Assembly: GCF_004010195.1 (NCBI RefSeq)
Contig: NC_057719.1
Location: 81,702,850-81,766,849, forward strand
Direction: 5' to 3'
Source: Chiloscyllium plagiosum
Taxonomy: Eukaryota
DNA: 64,000 bases
How positions within the stretch are numbered: the first letter of the stretch is position 1; each line of letters begins with the position of its first letter. Below are positions 39,474-50,859 of this stretch, one piece after another. The position numbers were made by a program, and so were the translations under genes. The notes below the pieces were generated by a model. That model was not told the origin of the DNA and did not search any database. It was given only the letters and a program-made list of their open reading frames with translations.

Positions 39474-42189
39474 TTAGCATATAAAATGACTTTTCAAAAT
39501 TTCTCACTATATTCCACATCATTCAGGCTAAATTCTGCCTGAAGTATTTTAGTTTCTCTACCATTTCTCTTTACCCTGCTTGCATTGGATCCATATTCTT
39601 TTTGCTAATCGTTTATTTCTAAAATACATTTATGAGCTTTAACATATTGTTTTTATGATTTGCACTAGGTAGCAGTTAATTCTATGTTCCCTTAATCTTT
39701 TTCTTGGTCTTCCTTTGCAGGATTCTAAAATGCTCTCAGTCCTTATTACTTCCTATCAACTTCATAAGGTTCACCACTTGATCTAATACAATTTATGATT
39801 TATTTCATTAGCTACAATTGGAATTCTTACTGAGTATTTGTGCATAAAATGAATGTACTTTTGTTATAAACTATGTATTTGTTCTTTAAATATTAGTTAT
39901 TGCCTGTCATATCATTTAATGTGGTTTGCCAAGCCATCTTGACCAATTTACTCTTCATATTTTCAGTTTCCTTTGTTTAGATTTAAAATTCTACTTTCCA
40001 ACTGAACTACATCATTTACAAACTTAACATACAATTTCACCATTTTATCATCACTATTTCCTAAAAGCTCATATACAAGATTATTAATCAGCCTTTTCTC
40101 ATTTCTCAACACTAGATCTAAAACAGCCAGTTCCTCACTTGGTTCCTCAATGTACTGCTTTAGAAAACCATCTCAGAATTTGACCTTCAAAACATAAATA
40201 CTCATTAGATTTACCCAATCTACATTGTAGATGAAAATCTCCTGTGATTACTGTACTTTAGCCAACAATTCATCTGGTTTCTTGATGCAGACACTGATAT
40301 AGAGCTCTTAGTTCACTTTTCTTTCAAGTGTTATTGCAAACTCTGACCCTATCTATTGGCATGCTCTTAGCTTTGCAATCACAGCCCTTTCCTGCCTTAA
40401 TTATTTTAATTTTAATCTCTAAAATATATAGTTATTTTAATTTCTTCCAGCCATGCTCTGATTATAACTACCTTTATTGTTACCTCAATCTATTACCTTG
40501 TCATTTCCCAAATTTCTCCTAAGGGATCCCTTCCCCCTCCCTTCTACATACCTTGATGCCCTCTCTACTTGCCTTGTTGTATGCCTTGCACTTTTTTGTT
40601 ATCAACCTACTTAAGGATGCTATTACACAATTCTGGAGCAAATGGGACTTGAACCTAGCTCAGAGGTAGAGAAACTGCCACTGCATCACAAGAACCTAAT
40701 GCCTTCAGCATTGAAAAAAGGTCAAAATGAACACAACTGTGACCTTTACAAAGTACAGCTCAACTTGAAACATTTTGTGTCTCAGTTAGGAATGTGGGTT
40801 ATTTAATCAACAAATGAGGCAACATTCCCAAGCAAACATCTACTTAGCAAATTGCTAGGGGTTGATATTGCCTCCTTTTGTTAATGGTGAATAGCAACAC
40901 CAAGGTGAATCAGCTATGGCTCGGTGAGTAACACTACTGTTTTCAAAATGAAAAGATTTTGGATTAGAGTCCCAATTAAGGGCATAATCCAGGATAACAC
41001 ATGTTGAACACCACAACTAAAATTCTACTTCCTTAATCAATTAAATTTAAGAAACAGAAAAATCATGGTGAAGGGGACTCAAAGAGCTGAATAACCTACC
41101 CCTATTTCTAATGTTCTGCAACACTGCTGTTGGAAATTGTATTGAAAGGGACAGTAAGAAAACAAACTAAAATTTAAATATTTCCCATTTGAAATTTTAA
41201 GTATCTCTAACAATTCTGTAGGAATGAGATTCTGTCTTTAACTTGCTTATTGTCAGACTAGTGAGGTTGAATAGCAATGCAGGAACATAAATCTACCCAT
41301 TATAAAATACTGACAATGTCAATACTAACACAGCAAGTTTAATTGCTACATTTGCACATTAATGAATAATGTTATGAAATTGCTCAACAGGTGAAGGCAC
41401 AAATCATTCAGTAACTTCTTCCTTGCCAAATATTGCTGGGTAATATATTCATTAATAAAAATGTGCACATTAAACTTGCAGGTTATACCAGTAAGTTTAG
41501 GTGTACATTGGACATACTAGCAGAGGGAGGTGGCAGTGCCCCTGATTCTGGGCTGGAAGGATCAGGTCCAAGCCCAACCTGCCCCAGAGGCATATCATTA
41601 TATACCCGAACAGGTTGCTTACAATAACTATATGTGAGGTGATTGACTGAGTGCAAGTCCTGAGCTAATCTCATGATTTTAAATTCTTTATTAAGATACG
41701 GCATCATAGCCAAGACCAGCGTTTACTGTCTAACACTAATTGCCTTTGAGAATCTGGTACATGGATCACAAAAGATGAATAGGCAGACAATGACCATCCT
41801 CAACAAGAGAGAATCTAACCATCAGTACTTGACATTCAGTGACATTACCATCACTAAATACCCCACTACCAACATCCTGGGGGTAACTATTGATCAGAAA
41901 CTGAACTATAAGTAGCCATGTAAGTACAGTACCTGCAAGAGCAGGTCAGAGGCCAGTTATAGCATGGGATCAGTGACATAGCGTAGATTGCGATGTATTG
42001 TCAACCAGCCAACAAGATGACCCTATTTTTTTCACTGCATTTGACCAATACTCAGCGTCAATGTTGACCCATCGTTTAATAAATGTGTGTTTAGGACTAT
42101 ACTTACATTAGGATGAAGAGTTGACTGTAATTTCTTCAACTGGAGATATGGATCAGATAATAGAGCAGGTAGTGAACAGTGAGATACAG

Positions 42190-42803
42190 TGGAGAGGAGA
42201 AAGTGAGGACTGCAGATCAGAGTCGAGAATGTAGTGCTGAGAGATAAATAGCAGGGAGCTGGAGCTGAGGAGGTGGTGGTGGTGCAGGGGGTAGCTGGTA
42301 AGGCAAAGGTAGATGTAGGTGGTGGGTGATGATGATAGGTCAAAGCAGAGGGTGGGGTGGATTGGGAGGAAGGAAGGTGGACAGGCAGCACAGTTCAAGA
42401 GGACAGTGCAGAGTTGGAGGGTTGCATCTGGAATGAGGTAGGGGGAGGGGAGATGAGGAAACTAATGAAATCAACGTTGATGCCATGTGGCTGTAGGGCC
42501 CAAGGCGGAAGATGAGACGTTCTTCCTCCAGATGTCAGGGTGGCTAGGATTTGGCAGTGGAGGAGGCCCAAAACTTGCATGTCTTTGGCAGAGCGGAATG
42601 GGGAGTTGAAGCAGTCGGGTTGTTTGGTGAGATGTTCTCTGAAATGTTCTGTGAGTTGGCTACCTGCCTCCCCAATGTACAGAAGACCACATCAAGAGCA
42701 AAGGACACAGTAGGTGAGGTGATTGGAAGTGCTAGAAAATCTCTGCTGGATGTGGAAAGATCCTTTGAGGCCTTGGATGGAGGTGAGGGGAGAGGTGTGG
42801 ACG
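42190..42803 (-). mobile_element. Decayed PLE 3' portion with GIY-YIG endonuclease
   Basis: Reverse complement TSNHLTYCVLCS*CGLLYIGEAG and LQPHGINVDFISFLISPPP; tail CTGCAGTCCTCACTTTCTCC. Confidence 0.85.
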
Positions 42804-45625
42804 CAGTCAGTGTGATCAATGGAAGTGTGTCTATTTTAATGCAAGTAGTATCAGGAATAAGGGTGACTAACTGACAGCATGGATCAGTATTTGGAACTTT
42901 GATGTTGTGGCCATTATGGAGACTTAGATTATCACAAAGACAGGAATGGTTGTTAAATGTTCCAGGGATTAAATGTTTCCAAAGGAAAAGGGGTGGAGGT
43001 AAATGAGGTGGCGGAGTGGCATTGCTAATCAGGGATAAAATAACAGCTGCAGAAAGGGAGGTTGTCGAGGTGGGTCTGCCTACAGAGTCAGTATGGGTGG
43101 AAGTCAGAAACAAACCCCCCAGTAGCAACAGAGACATGGAGGAGCAGATTGGGAGGCAGATTTTGGAAAGTTGCAGAAGTAACAGGGTTGTTGTCATGAG
43201 TGACTTCAACTTGCCTAATACTGAATCCTTACTGCAAATCGTTTGGATGGAGCAGTTTTTGTCAGACATGCCCAGGAAGAGTTTCTGACTCAATATGCAG
43301 ATAGGCCAACTAGAGGGGAGCCATATTGGATTTGGTGCTTGGCAATGACCCATGCCAGGTGTCAGATCTCTTGGTGGGATAGCATTTTGGTGATAGTGAT
43401 CACAACTCTCTGACCTTTACTATACTCATGAAGCAGACGGTATGGGAAAGTATTTAATTGGGGAGGGAGAATTACAATGCTATAAGGCAGGAACTGGGCC
43501 ATCTAAATTGGCAATAGATGTTCTCGGGAAAATGCACGACAGAAGTGTGGAGGTTGTTTAGGAAGCATTTGCTAATAGTGCTGCACAGGTCTGCCCCACT
43601 GAGGCAAGGAAGGGATGGTGGGTTGAAAGAACATTGGGTGACAAGAGATGTGGAACATCTAGTCAAGAGGAAGAAGGAAGCTTACTTAAGGTTGAGGAGG
43701 CAAGGATCAGACAGGGCTTTACAGGGTTACAAGGTAGCCAGCAAAGAACTAAAGGATGGACTTAGGAGAGCTGGAACGGGGCATGAAAATGCCTTAGCAG
43801 GTAGGATTAAGGAAAACCCTAAGGAATTTTACACTTACCTGAGAAACACGAGGATGGCCAAGAGTGAGAGTAAACCCTAAGGAATTCTACACTTATCTGA
43901 GGAACAAGAGGATGGCCAGAGTGAGGGAACGTGCACCTGGGAGTTCAAAGAGATAGGCAAGGTCCTTAATGAATATTTTGCTTCAGTATTCACTACTGAG
44001 AGGGACCTTTATGTTTCTGAGGACACTGTGAAACAGACTGATATGCTCGAACAGGTTGATGTTAGGAAGGAGGATGTGCTGAAAATCTTAGAAAACATGA
44101 GGACAGATAAAGTTCCCTGGGCCAGATGGGCTATACCCTAGGTTACTACAGGAAGCGAGGGAAGAGATTGTTGCACCTTTGGTAATGAACTTTGCATCCT
44201 CACTGTCCACTGGAGTAGTGCCAGTTGATTGGAGGGTGGCAAATGTTATTCCCTTGTTCAAGAAAGGGAATAGAGATAATCCTGGGAATTACAGACCAGT
44301 CAGTCTCACATCTGTGGGTAAAGTACTGGACGGGATTCTAAGAGCCAGGATTCATGATTACTTGGGAAACAATAGTTTGATTAGAGATAGTCAACATGGA
44401 TTTGAGGGGCAGGTCATGCTTCACAAACCTTATTGAATTCTTTGAGGATGTGACAAAATACATTGATGAAAGTAGAGCAGTGCATGAGGTGTATATGGAT
44501 TTTAGCAGGACGTTTGTTAAGGCTCCCCATGGTAAGCTCATTCAGAAAGTAAGGAGGCATGGGATACAGGGGAATCTGACTGTCTGGATACAGAATTGGC
44601 TGGCCCATGGAAAACAGAGGTGGTAGATGGAAAGTATTCAGCCTGAAGCGCGGCAGCCAGTGTTGTTCCACAAGGATCTGTTTTGTGTCCCTTTGCTCTT
44701 TGTGATTTTTACAAATGATCTGGATGAGGAAGTGGAAGGCTGTGTTAGTAAATTTGCCGAAGACATGAAGGCTGGTGGAGTGGTAGATAGTGTGGAGGGC
44801 TGTCGTAGGCTGCAACGGGACATTGACAGGATGCAGAACGGGCTGATAAACAGCAAATGGAATTCAACCTGAAAAAGTGTGAAGTGATTCACTTTGGAAG
44901 GTCAAATTTAATGCAGAATACAGGGTTAAAGGCAGGATTCTTGGCAACATGGAGGAAGAGGGATCTTGGGATCATGTCCATAGGTCCCTCAAAATTGCCA
45001 CCCAATTTGATAGGGTTGTTAAGAAGGCATATGACGTGTTGGCTTTCATTAGCAGGGAGACAGTGTTTAAGAGCCATGAGGTTATGTAGCTCTATACAGC
45101 CCTGGTTAGACCACGTTTAGTTGTGGTCACCTCATTATAGGAAAGATGTGGAAGCTTTAGAGAAGGTGCAGAGGGAATTACCAGGATGCTGCCTAGACTG
45201 AACGGCATGTCTAATGAAGTAACATTGAGGGATCTAGGGCTTTTCTCATTGGAGTGAAGAAGGATTAGAGATGACTTGATAAAAGTGTACAAGATGATGA
45301 GAGGCATAGATAGAGTGGGATCGCCAGAGAATATTTCCCAGGACGGAAATGGCTATCACAAGGGGGCATAATTTAAAAGTGATTGGAGGAAGTTTTAGGG
45401 AGATGTCAAAGATAGGTTTGTTACGCAGAGGGTTGTGGCTGCTTGGAATACACTGCCAGCAGCGGTAGTAGTCAGATACATTAGGGGCATTTAAGCAACT
45501 CTTGGATAAGCACATGGAAGATTGTACAATGAAAGGTATGAAGGTTGGTCTGATTTTAGAGTAGGATAAAAGGTTGGCACAACAGAGGGCCAAAGGGTCT
45601 GTACTGTGCTGTACTGTTCTATGTT
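42804..45625 (+). mobile_element. CR1 LINE ORF2 pseudogene (APE endonuclease plus RT), about 2.8 kb
   Basis: GVALLIRD..ESVWVEVRN, VMSDFNLP, DWRVANVIPLFKKGNRDNPGNYRPVSLTS, YMDFSRTF, VSKFAEDMK; tail TGTACTGTTCTATGTT; multiple frameshifts. Confidence 0.92.
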
Positions 45626-46183
45626 TGTACTGCTCTCTCTGCTGTTAGATTCATTCTTTCAGTTTTTCCTTCTCCTGGACTGGAGGAGACAGCAAGTGAG
45701 GGAAATTTGTTTTGCTGAATTTGCCAAGAGTGTGTTTGTGGGATGCTGCTATATCGGAACAGTTGATAAGTAGTTGTTAAATAATATATTATTTTGTTAA
45801 GTATTTTGATAGAGTTAAAGTTGTTTCAATTCTTCCTTATTTGTATTTTAACTGTGGTGTCAGAATGAAGTGTGTTTTTCTTAAAGCCTAGAGATTTCAC
45901 TAATTGAATCACATCAGGAATGTAGCGCCTTACACTTGATTCTAAATAAGATTTAAAAATGGATCTAGACTATCTCCTTGATATGTTTTGAGGGGATTTA
46001 GTCTGGTCCATAATACCAGGGTATAAAATAGACGACCAATTTGACACTGACCATTCTGTGTAACTGTCCAATGAAACGATTCTACCCCACTGTGTCTTTA
46101 ATACGGACAGATATTACATTCTGCCTTTGCTGGTATTTAGCTGCTGATCCTTCCCAACTAAGCTATCAGAGGCGTTTACTTAC

Positions 46184-46235
46184 TGATGTCAGGAGAGAGG
46201 AACTTCACTCTACACTTAAGTTGGAGTAAATGCAA
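46184..46235 (-). CDS. Candidate exon (phase 0/1)
   Basis: ctggcgtag|LHLLQLKCRVKFLSPDI+A|gtaagt. Confidence 0.25.
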
Positions 46236-46487
46236 CTACGCCAGAATCCGAAATAATTTGACGGTAAATCAATCCCTCCACTTGATCTCCCTTTCACTGA
46301 AGTTTACATCTTTTCAACTCGTTCTGGAGACTCAGTTCCTTCTCCGACTGTCACTTTTACTTCATTTGAATTTTTATAATCTTGGCAGCATTTTCCAAGT
46401 CAGTGGAACAAAAATAAGTCAGGCAAAACTTTGGGCTGAGAGGTTGCTGTGAGCCTATTTCATTACGCTGATGTAGACCTGTCTTAC

Positions 46488-46648
46488 CACTTCAATGCTA
46501 CATTTGTTGAGTATCACCCAAGCCCATCTAGGATTCAGCCAAGCCTTGTATGCAGCATTCAACTCAAATCTTTTTGATGGCAAATAGTAGACAACTTTAT
46601 AAATGGGCTGCAGTTGTGGAATGCCATTTAATACAGACTGAAAACATT
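46488..46648 (-). CDS. Candidate exon (phase 1/0)
   Basis: cttcaag|..CFQSVLNGIPQLQPIYKVVYYLPSKRFELNAAYKAWLNPRWAWVILNKCSIEV|gtaaga; alternative phase-0 acceptor ttttcag 11 nt inside. Confidence 0.3.
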
Positions 46649-46782
46649 CTTGAAGTAATGGCATTGGGAATGGATTAGATTGGGTGGATTTAGCTATAAA
46701 GGTTGGCTTCCGGGGGGACATTTTTCACATTTGACATTTTATTAATCAAATGAGTTGCTACTTGGTTAGCGAGAAAGCTAAC

Positions 46783-46912
46783 CAAGCATCATTTCAATAT
46801 GGTGTCTGAAGAGGGTCTTACAATGGCTTGATTGTGAGTGCAACGGTTCTCCTGTGTTTTCAGCATCGAGGGAGTGTGGATGGAGTTTCATCATTATACA
46901 AGAATGGTTTAC
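46783..46912 (-). CDS. Candidate exon (phase 0/1)
   Basis: Pyrimidine tract ..cttaggcag|VNHSCIMMKLHPHSLDAENTGEPLHSQSSHCKTLFRHHIEMML+G|gttagc. Confidence 0.2.
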
Positions 46913-47990
46913 CTGCCTAAGAGTGTGGGAAGGTTGAGACCGTGGGAAACAACGGGCAGATGTGATCATGATCCTATTTTAGCTTCCTGGGTACCATGCC
47001 TTAAAGAGTTAGGAGAAGACTTCGCATCATGATCTTTGCACAGAAATATTTATTATTGGTTCTCCAAACTCACCTATTCCAATGTCCTTTTAGTTGACCT
47101 TTCGCTCAGCATCCTCTGTAACTGGAGTTGATCCAAAGGTCTGCAGCTTTTACCCTACCTCAAATCAAGTCCCGCTGTGTTTGCTGACCTATACTGGAGC
47201 CCACTTCTGCAGCATCATAATTTTTAAATTCTCACTCGTGTTTTCACACCCCTTCATGTCTTTAGCCAGCTCTACCCATGTAACCTTTTCTGGCCCTACA
47301 ACTCTCCAAGGTCTATGCACTTTTCCAATTCTTCCAGGTTTCCTTTGCCCCATCACTGAAGATTGTATCTGTAACTGCTTGGGATCTAAACTCCAAAACG
47401 TTTTCACTAAACCCTTCAATTTCTCTCACTCTCCCTTCATTTACCATGTTCCTTAAAGTTTACCTCTTTGACTAAGATTATGATCACTTGCTCTGTTATC
47501 CTTGTGCAACTTCATGCCCAATTTCCTGTTCAATACTTATGTGAAGAGCGTTGTACTTTAATGCTCTGTTAAAAGCTCTACATAAATGTAAGTTATTGCA
47601 GTTATAAAGATATACAGGGACAAGAGAAACATGATAGAAGCTGGCATGGACACAACAGGCTGAGTGGCCTCCTAATGTGGTGTGGGAAAATGTGAATTTC
47701 TCTACTTGGGAAGGAAGAATAGAGAAGCAGTATATTACCTAATTGGAGTGTGATTGCTAAAGTCTGTGATACAGAGGCGTCAGAGTGATCTGGTACATGG
47801 AGCACAATGGGTAAATATGCAAAAATTGACTCCATTCAACAAGACAGCATCTAACCAGGTCCTTGACATTCAATGGTGCTATTATTACTGAATTCCCCAC
47901 TATCCACATACTGGCGGCTACTATTCATCAGAAAATGAACTGGATGAGCCATGTTAAGTACAGTAGCTACAAGAGCAGATCAGAGGCTAG

Positions 47991-48212
47991 AGCTGAAAAT
48001 ATGTTGCTGGAAAAGCGCAGCAGGTCAGGCAGCATCCAAAGAGCAGGAGAATCGACGTTTCGGGCATGAGCCCTTCTTCAGGAATCCTGATTCCTGAAGA
48101 AGGGCTCATGCCCGGAACACAATTCTCCTGCTCTTTGGATGCTGCCTGCTGCGCTTTTCCAGCAACACATTTTCAGCTCTGATCTCCAGCATCTGCAGTC
48201 CTCACTTTCTCC
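47991..48212 (+). mobile_element. Short PLE insertion, inverted arms, 15-bp TSD
   Basis: TSD CAGATCAGA(G/A)GCTAG at 47976-47990 and 48213-48227; hammerhead intact on - (48054-48081), mutated on + (48094-48120). Confidence 0.88.
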
Positions 48213-48518
48213 CAGATCAGAAGCTAGGATACTGTGGCAAGTAACTCACTTCCTGATTCTCCAAAACCTGTCCACCATCAGAAACAATCGAAATGGGATA
48301 TTCCCCACTTGCCTAGATGAGTGTAGCTGCAATGACACTCAGGAAGTGTAACAGCATCCAAAATAAAGCAAAAACAGAAGTTGCTAGAAAAGCTCAGCAG
48401 GTCTGGTAGCACTTGTGAAGAGGAATCAGTTAATGTTTCAAGTCAGATGACCCTTCCTCAAAAGTAGCTGCTTGATTGACACCACATCCACAAATATCCA
48501 TTCCCTCCACCACCAAGT

Positions 48519-48837
48519 GGGCAGCACGGTGGCACAGTGGTTAGCACTGCTGCCTCACAGCGCCAGAGACCCGGGTTCAATTCCCGATTCAGGCGACTGA
48601 CTGTGTGGAGTTTGCACGTTCTCCCCGTGTCTGCGTGGGTTTCCTCCGGGTGCTCCGGTTTCCTCCCACAATCCAAAAATGTGCGGGTCAGGTGAACTGG
48701 CCATGCTAAATTGCCCGTAATGTTAGGTTAAAGGGGTAAATGTAGGGGTATGGGTGGGTTGCGCTTCGGCGGGTCGGTGTGGACTTGTTGGGCCGAAGGG
48801 CCTGTTTCCACACTGTAAGTAATCTAATCTAATCTAA
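48519..48837 (+). mobile_element. HE1 SINE, full length, very young
   Basis: A box GGCACAGTGG, B box GGTTCAATTCC, V-domain, CR1-like tail, (AATCT)n; CpGs retained. Confidence 0.93.
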
Positions 48838-49163
48838 AGTCACAGTAGCAGCAATGTGTACCATCTACAAGACGCACTGCAGAAGTTTACAAAAGACCCC
48901 TTGGACAGCACCTTCCAAACCTATGATGACTTCCATTTCGAAGGATAAATGCAGCAGATAATTGGGAACACTAAGTTCCTCTCCTCACCATCCTGACTTG
49001 GAAATATATTGTCTTTCCTTCAGTGGCAAAGGGTCAAAATCCTGGAACTCCCACCCTGACAGCATCTTTAGGTCTGCCTACGGTGTGTGGGCTACAGTGG
49101 TTCAAGAAGGCAGCTCACCACCACCTTCTAAAGCCAACTAGGGACAGGCAATTGTTGGACCAG

Positions 49164-49634
49164 TGTTTTAAAAAATTCTCAAGGTCAGGTTCGTAGGAGA
49201 GTAGTCTGACACAGAACAAACGACCAAGAGGCGAGTCTGCTAGAATATGAGCATTTTATTCCCCGCAGCGTCGCCACAACCAGGTCTCATAATTACAACG
49301 GGTCTGGCTTATACTCACTCTACATGTTACCGGAACTGGGAGCCGTCAGTTCTCGTAGAGCGGTTGCCAACAACCCACGCTCGGCGGTTAAACGTAACCC
49401 CGGAGCAGACTCACCGAACTGGAGACTTTTCCAGCTGATATACTCTTTTCCAGATATAAACATTCATGTGAACAGCAGAGCAAGGCTAAAAAACACATTC
49501 CATTCTGGTTACATACAGATAAGAAGATTCACACGGGGAGGTGTGTAATTAGATTCACACGGGACTAAGCAACACCTCCATTCCGGTTAGATTCACACAT
49601 GTATTGGGACATAATTTTTAACCGTTTCACCACA
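49164..49634 (-). mobile_element. Solo LTR (471 bp), TSD ACCAG
   Basis: TG..CA ends; ACCAG at 49159-49163 and 49635-49639; TATAA and AATAAA on -; about 99% identical to 53719-54185. Confidence 0.9.
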
Positions 49635-50859
49635 ACCAGCCAGCAACATCCACATTCCTTGAGTGAATAAAATAAGTAAATGAGGAAGATAAATTAGTAA
49701 TGCTGTTGTTTATTAGAAGGGGATTGGAACATAAAAGGTAGGAGAGTTTGCTGCTGCAACACATTGTACAGCACATTGATAAGACCATGCCTGGTGTACA
49801 GTGTATAGTTTTGGTGTATTTATTTAAGTAACGATGTAATTGTATAAGAAGTAATGCAGAGAAGCTTTACAAAATTGATGAAGGGATCATCTTATGAGTT
49901 AAGATTGGATAGGGTTGAGCTGTATCCATTAGAGTTTAGAAGAATTTGGAATAATTGATCTTATTGGATCAGATAAGATCCTGAAGGGACTGATGGGGAG
50001 GATACTGATAGGATGCTTCCTCTTGTGGGCCACACTTTAAAAATAAGGAGATTCCCAGTTAAGACAGATCGGAAGAGAATTTTGTTTCTTTAAGGCGGTC
50101 ATTTGTCTGTAGAATTCTCCTCCTTAAGTGTCAGTGGAGGCTAGCTCATTAAGGATCTTCAAGACTAAGTAAAGTACATCTTTGATTGATAAGGGATTCA
50201 AATGCTTCAGAGAGAGACAGGAAAGTACAGCTAAGGCTACAATCAGATCAGCCATAGTTTTATCGACTGAGGAGCAGGGTTGAGGGGCAAATGGTCTATT
50301 GTTGTTCTAGATTTGTTAGCTCGTGTGCGTGTGTTACCATTACTCTTCTAGGTCCATGGGAAAATAGATCAGACAGAAAATCACATTGCCTTTATGCACT
50401 GAACTAAATGTTGGCTCAAAACAAAAAAGGAGTTGCCTTCAATTCAGAAATGACCTAGGACATAATGATAAAGAAAGGGAAAGACAATCACTAATGTTAT
50501 TCTTTTAGCTGGTGTCTCAGCGCTGGAATCTCCTCCCTGAACCTGCTACCTCTCCATCACTCTGCCCTCTTTTGTTAACAACATGTAACCCAATTCTTCA
50601 GCAACATCAAGATCCCAAAGCTTCCCATAAACACTGTGGTTGCAGAAGTATGCCAAAGGCTGGGAATTCTGTGGCAAGTAACTCACCTCCTGACAGCCCA
50701 TAACCTGTTCACCATCAACAAGGTACAAAGTAAACAGTGTGATGGAATTCCTTCTACTTACCTACGTGACTGCAGCTCCAACAACACTCAAGAAGCTCAA
50801 TATTATCAAGGACTGGGGTTGAGGACATTATCACAGTGTTAGTGCACTGGAAATCAAGC

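Larger units (their letters stand above)
47845..49675 (+). mobile_element. LINE 3' part (same family as 5160-6770) carrying four nested insertions
   Basis: Collinear with about 6090-6770 once the insertions are removed. Confidence 0.75.

Noticed and set aside
42544..43353. Longest ORF (269 aa, minus strand)
   Set aside because: It is an antisense CR1 endonuclease region fused to an off-frame PLE; no coherent protein.
47991..48212. DNA-transposon MITE or miRNA hairpin
   Set aside because: The asymmetric tail, variable 13-18 bp TSDs and homology to PLE 3' ends indicate retrotransposition products.
48519..48590. tRNA gene
   Set aside because: The A/B boxes belong to the tRNA-derived head of an HE1 SINE that continues into the V-domain and LINE-like tail.
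49324..49548. Identical 74-aa ORF here and at 53875-54099 as a duplicated gene
   Set aside because: It lies inside the twin LTRs, antisense to their inferred orientation; the identity reflects their youth.
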